From Myxococcota bacterium (lineage in GTDB: Bacteria > Myxococcota_A > UBA9160 > PR03), in NCBI GenBank assembly GCA_041611735.1, contig JBFIML010000005.1, forward strand, positions 71,664 through 135,663: a stretch of 64,000 bases of DNA, written 5' to 3'. A program made the position numbers and the translations under genes. The number at the start of each line of letters is the position of its first letter. The stretch's first letter is position 1. The notes below the pieces were generated by a model, which was not told the origin of the DNA, did not search any database, and saw only the letters and a program-made list of their open reading frames with translations. This document shows, piece after piece, positions 12,032 through 21,944 of the stretch.

Positions 12032-13054
12032 TTATCGGCTTTCGGCCGCGGCAGCCTGATCTCCGCTGGAGTCCCGCGCATAGCCGCTCGGATGGGCCGC
12101 GTGCCAGCGCCAGGCGGAGGCTGCGATGCGATCCAGGTCCGTCCAGCGGGCCTGCCAGCCGAGGGCCTGCCGGGCCCGGCTCGGATCGGCCACGAGCGCC
12201 GGCGGGTCGCCGGGACGCCGGGGCCCCACCCGGGCCGGGATCGGGTGGCCGGTGACCCTGCGGCAGGCCTCCACCACCTCTCGCACGCTGAAGCCACGGC
12301 CCGTGCCCAGGTTGAGGCAGAGCCCCTCGCCGGGCCGGAGGCGCTCCAGGGCCAGCCGGTGGGCCTCGGCCAGGTCCTCCACGTGGATGTAGTCCCGGAT
12401 GCAGGTTCCGTCCGGGGTGGGGTAGTCGTCGCCGTGCAGGGTCAGGTGATCGGAGCGTCCCAGGGCCACGCGCAGGGCCGCGGGGATCAGGTGCGTCTCG
12501 GGCTCGTGGTCCTCGCCCAGACGGCCGTCCTGGGAGGCGCCGCAGGCATTGAAGTAGCGCAACGACGCGAACCCCAGGCCGTAGGCGCGGGAGTAGTCGG
12601 TGAGGGCCCGCTCCACGGCGAGCTTGCTGAAGCCGTAGGGGTTCACGGGGCGCTGGGGGGTGTCCTCGCCGATGGGCATCTCGGGGGGCTCGCCGTAGGT
12701 GGCGCAGGTGCTGGAGAAGACCAGTCGGTGCACGTCCGCGGCCCGCATGGCGTCCAGCAGCGAGAGCGTCCCCACCAGATTGTTCCGGTAGTAGAGCGCC
12801 GGGTCCGCTACGGACTCGCCCACCAGGGCATAGGCGGCGAAGTGCATGACGGCGTCGATCCGCTGCTGGCGGAGCACGTCTTCGAGCCGCTCGCGCTCGG
12901 CCAGCCCGCCGCGGACGAGGCGGCCCTCGGGGACGACCGCCGGGTGGCCGCGGGAGAGGTCGTCGTAGACCCAGACCTCGTGGCCGTGGCGCCGCAGATG
13001 GGCCGCGGCCACGCTTCCGATGTATCCCGCTCCACCGGGCACGAGGACGTTCAT
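12032..13054 (-). CDS. galE: UDP-glucose 4-epimerase
   Basis: GGAGYIGS, HFAAYALVGES, FSSTCATYG, PYGFSK, LRYFNA, ETHLIP, DGTCIRDYIHV. Confidence 0.95.
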   Translation of the reverse strand: MNVLVPGGAGYIGSVAAAHLRRHGHEVWVYDDLSRGHPAVVPEGRLVRGGLAERERLEDVLRQQRIDAVMHFAAYALVGESVADPALYYRNNLVGTLSLLDAMRAADVHRLVFSSTCATYGEPPEMPIGEDTPQRPVNPYGFSKLAVERALTDYSRAYGLGFASLRYFNACGASQDGRLGEDHEPETHLIPAALRVALGRSDHLTLHGDDYPTPDGTCIRDYIHVEDLAEAHRLALERLRPGEGLCLNLGTGRGFSVREVVEACRRVTGHPIPARVGPRRPGDPPALVADPSRARQALGWQARWTDLDRIAASAWRWHAAHPSGYARDSSGDQAAAAESR

Positions 13055-13091
13055 GGGCCACCCCGGAGCGGCCCCGGAGAAGGGCTCCTCG

Positions 13092-14607
13092 TCACTTGCA
13101 CAGCGCCAGGAACAAGCCGCTCTGCACGGTGGAACAGGACTCCCGCTCGACGTCTCCCACCTCCACGGTAGCGACGCAGGCGAAGCCCCGCTGCTGGCAG
13201 ACCGCGTCTCCCGTGTCGAAGCTCCCGGGGCCCGGGTCGCCCCAGGAGGCGACCCCGTGGCCGTTGGCTCCGGAGTTGGTCACCAGCGTGCCGTTGGCGT
13301 CCGCGAAGCTCTGCTGCCGGTTGGCGTTGCTGCCGTGGAAGGAGAGGTCGAGACGCCTGCCGGTGCCCGGCACCACGTCCCGGATCTGGAGGTCGCCGTG
13401 GAAGCGGGCGCTCACCCGGCTCTGCTGGCTGCCCACGTAGAAGCCGACGCCGGGTGAGGGCTGGGAGCTCCCGAGCACCTGGACCACCGGCTGGCCGTTG
13501 GCGGCATGGGTCAGGATGCGCAGCGTCGCCCCCACGCCCGGGGTGGCCGCGGTCACCGGATCGGTCATGAAGACCCAGCGGGCCTCCTGGCTGACGGAGC
13601 GCCACTCGTGCTGCAGGGTCCGGTATCCCGTCTGGAAGAACGCGAAGTCCTGCACCAGGGTCGCGGAGCCGGATCCGACCGATGCCAGCTCGGCCGTCGC
13701 CCCGCTGTCGCGACCGTGCAGACAGTCACCCGGCGAGGCGACCCCGGACGCATGGCGGAAGGTGACCGCGCCGGGCCCTGGCGTCGAGATGATCCACACC
13801 GCTCCCTTCACGGTGCCGCTCGGCGGGCAGCTGCCCGCACGGACGTCCACCGGCTCCAGGGTCGTGAAGGTGCCGGTGGTCCCGACCAGCGTCGCCGAGG
13901 AATCCGTCTCGAGGCGGTCTCCGGCACCGGGCTGGGTGCCGGCGCCGTGCTGGCGAAGCACAAGGTCACGTCGTTCGGAAGCGGGACGTTCCAGCGCTCG
14001 ATGCGGGCCTGGCCGATCACGCTTCCGTCGAGGCCCGAGCGCAGGATCACGCGATCCTTCGCCTGGAACGTACCGGTCACCGAGGACACGCGACTCGACC
14101 CGTCCGCGGAGAGCACGTTCCAGTTCTGCTCGAACCAGGTCTGGTGATCGGTGACGGGCCCGTTGTCGAAGCTGAACTCGTTCTTCAGGTTGACCGAGTG
14201 CTCGTAGGGATTCAGGTGCCCGCCACCCGCCGAAGAGCGGTTCCAGGCCCAGCCCCCGATGCAGTCGGGCTCCTTGGAGAGCCAGGAGCTGGTCGGCCCG
14301 CAGTTCACGTCCAGGACGGCCTGGGTCTCGTGGAAGGAGCTCGGGAACACGCTCCCCACGGCGTTGCTCGGGTCCAGCGCTGGGTCCGGCCCAGGGGGGC
14401 CTCCACGCCCACGGTCAACTCGAGGAAGCGCGCCGGCGTGGTGCCCGTGAGGTCCCCGGCGAGCGCCGCGGAGAGACTCGTGGTCAGGGGATCGTCCGGC
14501 GGGTCGGTCGCGTCCTGGCTGGAAATCTCGGGAGCGCCGGCCTGCACGATGGCCGAGCCGGCGAGTCCCAGCAGGATCAGGACGAGAAGGCGAGCGGTCG
14601 CGGGCAC
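13092..14607 (-). CDS. Secreted hypothetical protein (~505 aa) split by two apparent +1 frameshifts
   Basis: Signal peptide in ORF 14305..14607, continuing in the frame of 13808..14614 and then 13092..13961. +1 G at 14394-14399 and at 13929-13931 gives one ORF. Beta-rich, with a Cys-rich C-terminus. Confidence 0.65.
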
Positions 14608-14695
14608 CTGCCAACCTCCGGTTCGCCAGTGCGCCCGGGTGCCGAGTCTATCACGAGGGCCGGCCCGTCTGCCGCGCAGGCCGCGCCCGCTCGGG

Positions 14696-16093
14696 CTAAC
14701 GCGCTCCGAGCGCGCCGCCCGGGTCCACGAGGCCCTGCACCACCACCCCGGGCCCCAGGTGCACGGCGCTCACGTTGCTCTCGATATGGAGGCCCGGCTG
14801 CTGGGGCGATGAGAGCCAGATTTGGCTCAGGGTGATCTCCGCCGAGTCCAGCAGGATCGCGCCCGCCAACCTTCCGCCGCGCACGGAGCCGCCTTCGATC
14901 TCCACGTCCTCCCAGCGCGTGAGCAGCAGGCCGTAGGAACAGTCGGTTTCGGAATCCACCTCGTTGTCGTGCATCACCAGTCCAGTCGACCGCTGGGGTG
15001 CGCCTCGTACGTCGATCTCCGCGTAGCCTACCTCGCCGCGGGTGCAGTTGTGCTCCAGGAGATTGCGCTCCACGAGGAGGTCGTCCCCGTCGCAGGCGAG
15101 GCGCAGGCCCGGCCCCTGGTTGCTGTGCACGTAGTTGTCCCGGATCGCGAGGGGGGACGAGACCCCGGCGCAGCCGATCCCGGCGCCGCCGCTCCCGTTC
15201 ACGCCGCTCCCGCCCGAGACGTCGACCACGTTGCCCTCGATCCGACCGCCGTGGGTATTGTTGACGATGATCCCCGCTCCCAGGGCATAGTGGACCGTGT
15301 TGGCAGCGAACACGAAGTCGGCGACGAAGCCGTTGGGCGGGGTCTCCTCGGTGTGGTTCGTGAAGGCCTCGATGCCGATCTTCGTGACCCTCCAGACGTG
15401 GTTCTCGCGCACGGTGGTGCCGCTGCTTCCGGGTCCGACCAGGTAGATGCCGTGCCCGCTGCGCTGGCGGCCCTCGACGTGGGGATCCTCTCCGGCCTCG
15501 AGCAACCCGGGGCAGGGGATGTCCGTATGGCAGCCGATGTCGTGCACGAGATTGCGGGTCACGGTCCAGGCGGGCGCGTCGCGCAGCAGGATGCCGGCCG
15601 TCATCAGGTGGGCCACCTCGAGGTTCTCGATGCGGCCCCAGGGCGTCGGGGTCCGCGACCGGCTCGCCACGTAGATGCCGATGCTGTCCATGGGATCCAC
15701 CGAATCCGGCTGCTCGCTCTTGCGCCCGTCGATGCCGAGATCCTGGATCACGAGGCCGAGCGGTCCCCCGTCCACCTTCAGGACGGGGCCCGGTGCGGGG
15801 ACGGGCGCGCGCAGCAGCGTGCGCTGCGGACCCGCACCCTGGAGGACGAGCCCCTCCGGAAACCCCGGCCCCAGGACGAGGGCCACGTCCTCCCAGACCC
15901 CCTCGTCGAGGAGCAGGTGGCAGCCGGGACGACAGTCTTCCAGGGCCTGCTCGAGGTCGGCGCCCGTCAGGCGGCCGTCCGCGTCGATGTCGCCGACCGG
16001 CACCAGAGGCCGGGGCCCGCTGCACGCCAGCGCCGTCCAGGCCGCCGCCAGGGCGAGCAGCGCCCGCCCCACGTGAGATCCGCCAGCTCGCAT
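14696..16093 (-). CDS. Lipoprotein with right-handed parallel beta-helix repeats (pectin-lyase-like fold)
   Basis: Lipobox TALAC, EF-hand/dockerin-like GDIDADGRLTGADL, repeated GIYV/GILL/GIEA/GIIV...N-x-V turns. Start 16093 or 16114. Confidence 0.75.
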   Translation of the reverse strand: MRAGGSHVGRALLALAAAWTALACSGPRPLVPVGDIDADGRLTGADLEQALEDCRPGCHLLLDEGVWEDVALVLGPGFPEGLVLQGAGPQRTLLRAPVPAPGPVLKVDGGPLGLVIQDLGIDGRKSEQPDSVDPMDSIGIYVASRSRTPTPWGRIENLEVAHLMTAGILLRDAPAWTVTRNLVHDIGCHTDIPCPGLLEAGEDPHVEGRQRSGHGIYLVGPGSSGTTVRENHVWRVTKIGIEAFTNHTEETPPNGFVADFVFAANTVHYALGAGIIVNNTHGGRIEGNVVDVSGGSGVNGSGGAGIGCAGVSSPLAIRDNYVHSNQGPGLRLACDGDDLLVERNLLEHNCTRGEVGYAEIDVRGAPQRSTGLVMHDNEVDSETDCSYGLLLTRWEDVEIEGGSVRGGRLAGAILLDSAEITLSQIWLSSPQQPGLHIESNVSAVHLGPGVVVQGLVDPGGALGAR

Positions 16094-16274
16094 CGCGGTC
16101 CAGGTGAACGGCATCGGGAGCTCCTTCCACAGGGGTCGCTAGAGCGGGAGGTCGAGGCAGCATGGCATGGATCGGGGGATTCCCCAACGCCAAAGTGCCC
16201 GGAGACGGAGCGTGGTAGAGTCTCGGCTCCGACGTCCAGGGGGTGAACCGTCGCGTCGCGGCCTTCCAACGCAG

Positions 16275-17761
16275 GTGAGGAGGGAGGGGACGCGGCCGCC
16301 CCCGCGGGCCTCGCCCGCCGCTTCCTGCTGGGCACCCTCTACGTCGGCGCCGGGAGCTGGCTCACCTATCTCCTGACCTTCGTGATCCAGATCCTGATCG
16401 CGCGGCTGCTCGGCCCCGCGGAGCTCGGGATCTACGCCTTCGTCTTCGCCATCAACGAGCTGCTGCACATCGTGGGCGCCTTCTCCCTGGGGGCCGCCCT
16501 GATCCAGTCGCGCGAGGAGTCCCAGCGGCTCTACGACACGGCCCTCGTCATGTCCCTGGGGCTGGCCGGGGTGGGCCTGCTGGCGAGCCTGCTGATCGCC
16601 CCCCTGCTCTGGGTCTACCACCGGCCCGAGGCCGCCTGGTTCCTGCTGGCCATGGCCCTGGCGCGCGTGGCGCAGATGGCCTCCCGGGTTCCCAACGCCC
16701 AGCTCGAGCGGACCCTGCGCTACGGGCCGCTCAGCGTCATCTCCGTGGTGACGAGCAGCCTGCCGAACCTGCTGGCCCTGGCCCTCGCCGCCCTCGGCGT
16801 GGGGGCCTGGAGCCTGGTGGTCCGCGACGTGCTGGCCGCCGCGCTCGTTCTCGTCCTGACCCAGATCTGGTCCGCCTACCGGTTTGGCGCCCGACTCGAT
16901 CGCGAGGCGGCGCGCCGGCTGATGGACTTCGCGCGTCCCATGTTCTGGTCCCGCTCCCTGGACGTCGTCCTGCAGCGCGTGGACCGCGTGGCCGTGGGCG
17001 CCGCGTTCGGCGACGCGGTCACGGGCCTCTACCACCAGGCCCGCTTCCTCTCCGAGGCCGGGCTCGTCGCCACGCGTCCCGTCACCCAGCTCTCCTTCAA
17101 CCTGTTCGCCCGCGTGCAGGACGAGCCGGGCCGGCGCGACCGCTCCTTCGCGCTGATCCAGTACTTCCTGGTGCGCATCATCCTGGCGGGGGCGGTGGTG
17201 CTCCTGGTGACGTCCGAGGAGGTGCTGCGTCTGCTGCTCGGCCCGGAATGGCTGCCGGCGGCACCCCTGCTGCGGGGTCTCGGCGTGTACGCGGCGACGA
17301 TGCCGGTGCTGGAGAACCTGAAGATGCTGTTCCTGGGCGTGGGCGAGGTGGTTCGCAACGTGCGCATCCGCCTGGTGCAGCTGCTGTGCTTCGCCCCCGG
17401 CGTGGCGGTGGCCAGCTGGCAGGAGAGCATTGCCGGCGTGGCCGCGGCCCTGGTGGCCTCCACGGTGGTCGGACTCGGCCTGGCCTGGCACTACAGCGCC
17501 GATCTCGTGGCGCGGCCGACCCGGCGGCTGTTCGGCGCGCCGCTGCTGGCGGCCGGGATGACCCTGGTGGGCTGCGGGGCGCTCGCGGCGGTGGGCGTCT
17601 TCCCGGCGCTGCCCTGGATGCTGCGCCCCTTGATCCCGCCGCTCCTCTACGGGCTGCTGCTCCTGGTTCTGGAGCGCTCGGTCCTGCTGCAGGAGCTGCG
17701 CTACCTCCGCGCGCAGCTCCGCCAGCGACCGACGCGGGGGGCCGTCGCCTCGGAGCTCTGA
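16275..17761 (+). CDS. wzx: Wzx-type oligosaccharide flippase
   Basis: Multi-TM; ARLLGPAELGIYA, GAALIQ, GLYHQA, LLLGPEWLPAAPLL. The frame extends upstream of 16382 (GLARRFLLGTLY). GTG 16275 is in frame with +1 G at 16286-16289. Confidence 0.85.
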
Positions 17762-17884
17762 AGCGGACGCGCAGCCCTGCACCGCTCCCCGGCTTCGGGC
17801 TACAGTCCGGCGGCGAGGAACCTTGGCGCAGTTGCCCATCACCACTCCCGCCGCTCGCTCCCCGCTCGCACGCAGGCGGCGGCC

Positions 17885-19009
17885 ATGACCGGTAGCCCGG
17901 CTCGGGAACCCGCACGGCAGCGCCCCGCCCGCGCCCCGCTGCTCGGGCCCGTGCTTCGCGACCTTCGTGGGGGAGGGCCGCGCCTGGTGGCCGAGAAGAT
18001 CCTGGGCCGGGCGCGCCGTGGCTACCAGTACGGCCTCTACACCTTCAACGTCCGGCGCCTGGTGCGACGCCCGGAGTCCGTGCGGATCGACCGGCCGATC
18101 TTCATCCTGGGCGTCCAGGGTGGCGGCGTCACCGTGCTCGCCCGCACCCTGTATCGGCATCCGCAGGCGGTCTACGCCACGGGAAACTCCCGCTACTGGG
18201 CAGGCATCGACGAGATCCACAACTGCCCGCACATCCGGGACCTTCCGGATCCCCTGGTTCACCGCTCGTACCACTTCGGCAACGTGGATTCGAGCGTCGT
18301 GCACCACCCCCGCTACGGCTATCAGCGCTCCTGGCTCTATGCGATCGACGAGTTCCTGCCGCTCTACCGGCGTGGCGCCGACGACGTGGACCCGGAGACC
18401 ACGCGACGCTTCCGGAGGGTGCTCCAGAAGGCGATCCTCGCCTATGCGCCGGACCCGGACGACGCCCGCTTCGTGGACATGAGCCAGCTCTACACCATCC
18501 AGGTCCCCTACCTGGCCCGCATGCTCCAGGACTGCGACCCGCGCTTCGTGCTGGTTTCGCGCAACCCCTACGTCACCTGCGCACGGGCCGCGGCCAAGGA
18601 GTTCGGGCCCGAGAAGGGCAGCTACATTGGCGACGATCGCAAGGCCCGGAATCGCTGCGTGATCGAGCACTGGAGCAACTCCTATCGCCTGGCGCTGGAG
18701 GCCGCAGCCCAGGGGGTGCCCCTCCTCCCGCTTCGCTACGAGGACTTCCTGGCCCGGCCCGAGGCCATCGTCCGGCGGATCTGCCAGTTCGCCGCTCTCG
18801 AGTTCCATCCCCGCCAGGTTCCGGCCCCGGACCACAGCTTCCCGATCGGCTCGCTCGAAGCGAGCAAGTGGTATCCGCTGCGTCCCGCGGAGAACGCGCT
18901 GTACCTGAAGGACATCGACCCGGAGCTGGTCGAGGGGCTGAACGAGCGGGCGGGCAACCTGGTGGAGCGGCTGGGCTACGAGCGGCTGGAGCCGCGGCGG
19001 TCGCGGTGA
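17885..19009 (+). CDS. Sulfotransferase-family protein (degenerate PAPS loop)
   Basis: RPIFILGVQGGGVTVLARTLYRHP, FVLVSRNP, LRYEDFLARPEAIVRRICQF, LVERLGY. Confidence 0.75.
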   Translation: MTGSPAREPARQRPARAPLLGPVLRDLRGGGPRLVAEKILGRARRGYQYGLYTFNVRRLVRRPESVRIDRPIFILGVQGGGVTVLARTLYRHPQAVYATGNSRYWAGIDEIHNCPHIRDLPDPLVHRSYHFGNVDSSVVHHPRYGYQRSWLYAIDEFLPLYRRGADDVDPETTRRFRRVLQKAILAYAPDPDDARFVDMSQLYTIQVPYLARMLQDCDPRFVLVSRNPYVTCARAAAKEFGPEKGSYIGDDRKARNRCVIEHWSNSYRLALEAAAQGVPLLPLRYEDFLARPEAIVRRICQFAALEFHPRQVPAPDHSFPIGSLEASKWYPLRPAENALYLKDIDPELVEGLNERAGNLVERLGYERLEPRRSR

Positions 19010-20094
19010 CGCCTTCCCGCGCCCCGGCCGTCCTCGTCGTGGGCCGCTTCTATACCGAGGCGTTCGCGCTCCACATCGCGGAGACCCTCCAGGCCATGGG
19101 CCATGAGGTCCCGCGCTTCGAGACGGGAATCCGCCAGAACGAACGCGGCGGGGGTCTCGCCAAGCGCTGGACCCAGGTCCGCACGGCGGCGCACGAGCTG
19201 GCGCGCAACGTGCGCTGGATGCAGGACCGCCAGACCCAGCGCTTGCTGCGGGTTGCCGGCGGACGCAGCGTGGACCTGGTCCTCGTCTGCCACGACTTCC
19301 TGCTGCCGCGCGAGGTGGCGCGGCTGCGCGACGCGACCGGAGCTCCGGTGGTGCTGTGGTTTCCCGACGCGATCTCCAACTTCACGAAGATGTACTGGGC
19401 GAACGCAGGCTACGACCACCTGTTCTTCAAGGATCCGTACGTGGTCCACACGCTGCGGCGCACCCTCGACCGCCCCGTCCATTACCTCCCCGAGTGCTGC
19501 AACCCCGAACGCCACCGCCCCGTGGCGCTCGGACCGGAGGACGAGCGCCGCTACGGCTGCGACATCGCCACGGCGGGCAACCTGTACGCCTATCGGGCGG
19601 CCTTCTTCGCCCAGCTGGCGGACTACCGGGTGCGCATCTGGGGCAATCCGCCTCCTCTCTGGATGGACACGAGCCGCATCGGAGCGATGATCCAGGGTCG
19701 CTTCGTGGCCCACGACGAGAAGGCCCGCGCCTTCCTGGCGGCGAAGATCGTGCTGAACAGCCTGCACCCGGCGGAGATCTGGGGCATCAACGCTCGGGCC
19801 TTCGAGATCGCCGCAGTGGGGGGCTTCCAGATCATCGACTGGCGCCCGGGCCTGGACGCGCTGCTGCGGGACGGCCGCGAGGTGGTCTCCTTCCGCGACC
19901 GCAAGGAGCTGCGGGCGAAGCTGGACCACTACCTGGCGCACGCGGAGGAGCGGCAGACCATCGCCGAGGCCGGCCGGGAGCGGGCACGGCGCGAGCACAC
20001 CTACCGCCGTCGCCTCGAGCTGCTGGTGGACACGGTGCAGGGCCGCGCCGAGGGCTTCCCGCTGCCGTCGGTGGACGTGCCCGGTGGCCGCTAG
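19006..20094 (+). CDS. CgeB/YkvP-like glycosyltransferase
   Basis: GTGA overlap; LWFPDA, YLPECCNP, KIVLNSLH, INARAFEIAAVGGF, REHTYRRR. Confidence 0.85.
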   Translation: MTPSRAPAVLVVGRFYTEAFALHIAETLQAMGHEVPRFETGIRQNERGGGLAKRWTQVRTAAHELARNVRWMQDRQTQRLLRVAGGRSVDLVLVCHDFLLPREVARLRDATGAPVVLWFPDAISNFTKMYWANAGYDHLFFKDPYVVHTLRRTLDRPVHYLPECCNPERHRPVALGPEDERRYGCDIATAGNLYAYRAAFFAQLADYRVRIWGNPPPLWMDTSRIGAMIQGRFVAHDEKARAFLAAKIVLNSLHPAEIWGINARAFEIAAVGGFQIIDWRPGLDALLRDGREVVSFRDRKELRAKLDHYLAHAEERQTIAEAGRERARREHTYRRRLELLVDTVQGRAEGFPLPSVDVPGGR

Positions 20095-20142
20095 CGGCTG
20101 GCCGGGCAGGGCGCCTCCCCAGCCCGCCGCCATTTCTCGCGG

Positions 20143-21060
20143 CTAGGGACCCAGGGCTTCCAGGACGCGGGCGTGGGCGGGCAGGTCGGGCCGCAGCGCC
20201 ACCACGTCCGGCGAGCCGGGCTCGGCGACGTCCGCCGGCTCGGCGTGCAGGCGGCCCTCGCGCAACGCGAAGACCGGGTAGCCGGCCTCCGCCAGCAGGC
20301 GCCGCACCGCGGCGTAGCTCGTGCCGGCGGCGGAGAAGTGCCGGGAGTCTGCCTCGAAGACCACCACGGGGGGTGAAGCGCCGCGCAGCAGGCCGCGCGC
20401 GCCCCGCAGGACCTCGAGCTCCATGCCCTCCACGTCGATCTTGACCAGGTCCGGCGTCCGGCGTCCGGCAAAGTACGCATCCAGGGTCGTCACCTCGGCG
20501 TCCACGGGGATGCCCTCGGGATGGGCGTAGCGCGAGGAGAGGCCCGAGATGGCGGGCACGGTGTGCAGCGTGATGCGGCCCGCAGTCGCACCGACCGCCC
20601 CGGACAGCAGCGTGACGTTGCGGAAGCCGTTCAGCTCCAGGTTCCGCAGCAGCCGCGCCCGGGTGGCTGGCACCGGCTCGAAGGCATGAACCGCGCCATC
20701 CGGGCCGGCGCGGCGGGCGGCCCACAGCGTGTAGAGGCCCAGGTTCGCGCCCACGTCGGCGAACACCCCGCCTGGGGGGAGGGCGGCCTCGAAGAGCGGC
20801 GCCAGGTGGGGCCGCGTGTGGCCCAGGAGGACGAGACCGAGCATGTTGGCGTCCCGCCCCGGGTTCCCCTCGAAGCGAAGGCCCTCCCAGAACCTGCCGC
20901 GCACCGTCGCGTCGAAGCGGCGCGCGTAGCGTTTGAGGCCGACGATCAGCGCGTCGCGCCCCGGGAAGTCGGGTGCGGCGTAGGCGAGGCTCACGCCCCG
21001 CAGCGCCCACCGCAGCCTGCGGGGCGCCTCGGGCCCCCGGTCCGACCGGGCCGGGTTCAC
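20143..21060 (-). CDS. FkbM family methyltransferase
   Basis: FADVGANLGLYT, AVHAFEP, TTLDAY, LVKIDVEGMELEVLRG. Confidence 0.9.
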   Translation of the reverse strand: MNPARSDRGPEAPRRLRWALRGVSLAYAAPDFPGRDALIVGLKRYARRFDATVRGRFWEGLRFEGNPGRDANMLGLVLLGHTRPHLAPLFEAALPPGGVFADVGANLGLYTLWAARRAGPDGAVHAFEPVPATRARLLRNLELNGFRNVTLLSGAVGATAGRITLHTVPAISGLSSRYAHPEGIPVDAEVTTLDAYFAGRRTPDLVKIDVEGMELEVLRGARGLLRGASPPVVVFEADSRHFSAAGTSYAAVRRLLAEAGYPVFALREGRLHAEPADVAEPGSPDVVALRPDLPAHARVLEALGP

Positions 21061-21830
21061 GAAGGCCGCTCGAAGACGTGGACGCAGCCGTGGCGCGCCA
21101 CCCCGCGGAAGCCGAGCCCCTCGAAGGCCGCCTGCAGGCTCGCCTCGTCCTCGTCCCGGCCTTCGAAGCGCACCGGGTGGAGCTCGATCACGACCTGCTC
21201 GCAGGCTGCCAGCGCGCTCGCGTCCCGGCGCACGATGCCCGCCTCGGCTCCTTCGATGTCGGCCACCAGGGCGAAGGGCCCCACGTCGTGCTCCTTCAGC
21301 AGCTGGGAGAGCCTCGCCGTCGGCACGTGGCGCACGCCGCGTCCCGTGGCGTCGCGACCGATGGTGCTGCCGCCCAGGTTCGTGTCCCCGAAGACGAGCT
21401 CGACCTCCTGGCGCTCCGGGTCGTAATCGAGGGCCCGATTCACCACGGACACCGGGTGGCCGGGCGCGTTGGCGGCGAGATTCTGGCGCAGCAGCGGAAT
21501 CAAGTCGGGGTTCGCCTCCACGCACACGAGCTTTCTTCCCGGGGCCTGGCGGCGAGCCACGGCGCACGCGACCACCCCGATGCTGCTGCCGAGCTCGACC
21601 ACGTCCAGGTTCCGGCGCAGCCGGCTGCGCACGAAGCGCATCTCGGCGCTCTCGTAGATGCCGAAGAAGATGCTCGCCGCGAGGCGCGCTGGGACCAGAG
21701 GGGAGCTCACGTCGATGCGGGAGCCCGGAAAGCGCAGGTTCGGCACTCGCTGGCCGAAGACCGCCGCGATGGTTGCGCCGACCGGCGCGCTGCAGGCGAT
21801 CCCAGCCACCCACGTCTTGGCGCGCGACAT
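21057..21830 (-). CDS. FkbM family methyltransferase
   Basis: GIYESAE, VVELGSSIG, VCVEANP, LVADIEGAE, IELH. SD GGAGG before ATG. Confidence 0.8.
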   Translation of the reverse strand: MSRAKTWVAGIACSAPVGATIAAVFGQRVPNLRFPGSRIDVSSPLVPARLAASIFFGIYESAEMRFVRSRLRRNLDVVELGSSIGVVACAVARRQAPGRKLVCVEANPDLIPLLRQNLAANAPGHPVSVVNRALDYDPERQEVELVFGDTNLGGSTIGRDATGRGVRHVPTARLSQLLKEHDVGPFALVADIEGAEAGIVRRDASALAACEQVVIELHPVRFEGRDEDEASLQAAFEGLGFRGVARHGCVHVFERPS

Positions 21831-21944
21831 CTCCTCCCGCCCCACGGCCCGTACGGGCCGGTGTGCGTCCCCCGCCGGACACGAAGCGCGAGAGTATACT
21901 CGGCGGACCCTGTTCGCGGGAACCGTCGCCGGAGGATTGCTTCG

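Noticed and set aside
17823-17838. TGGCGCAGTTGC as a sigma54 promoter before the sulfotransferase
   Set aside because: GG-to-GC spacing is too short for a -24/-12 promoter.
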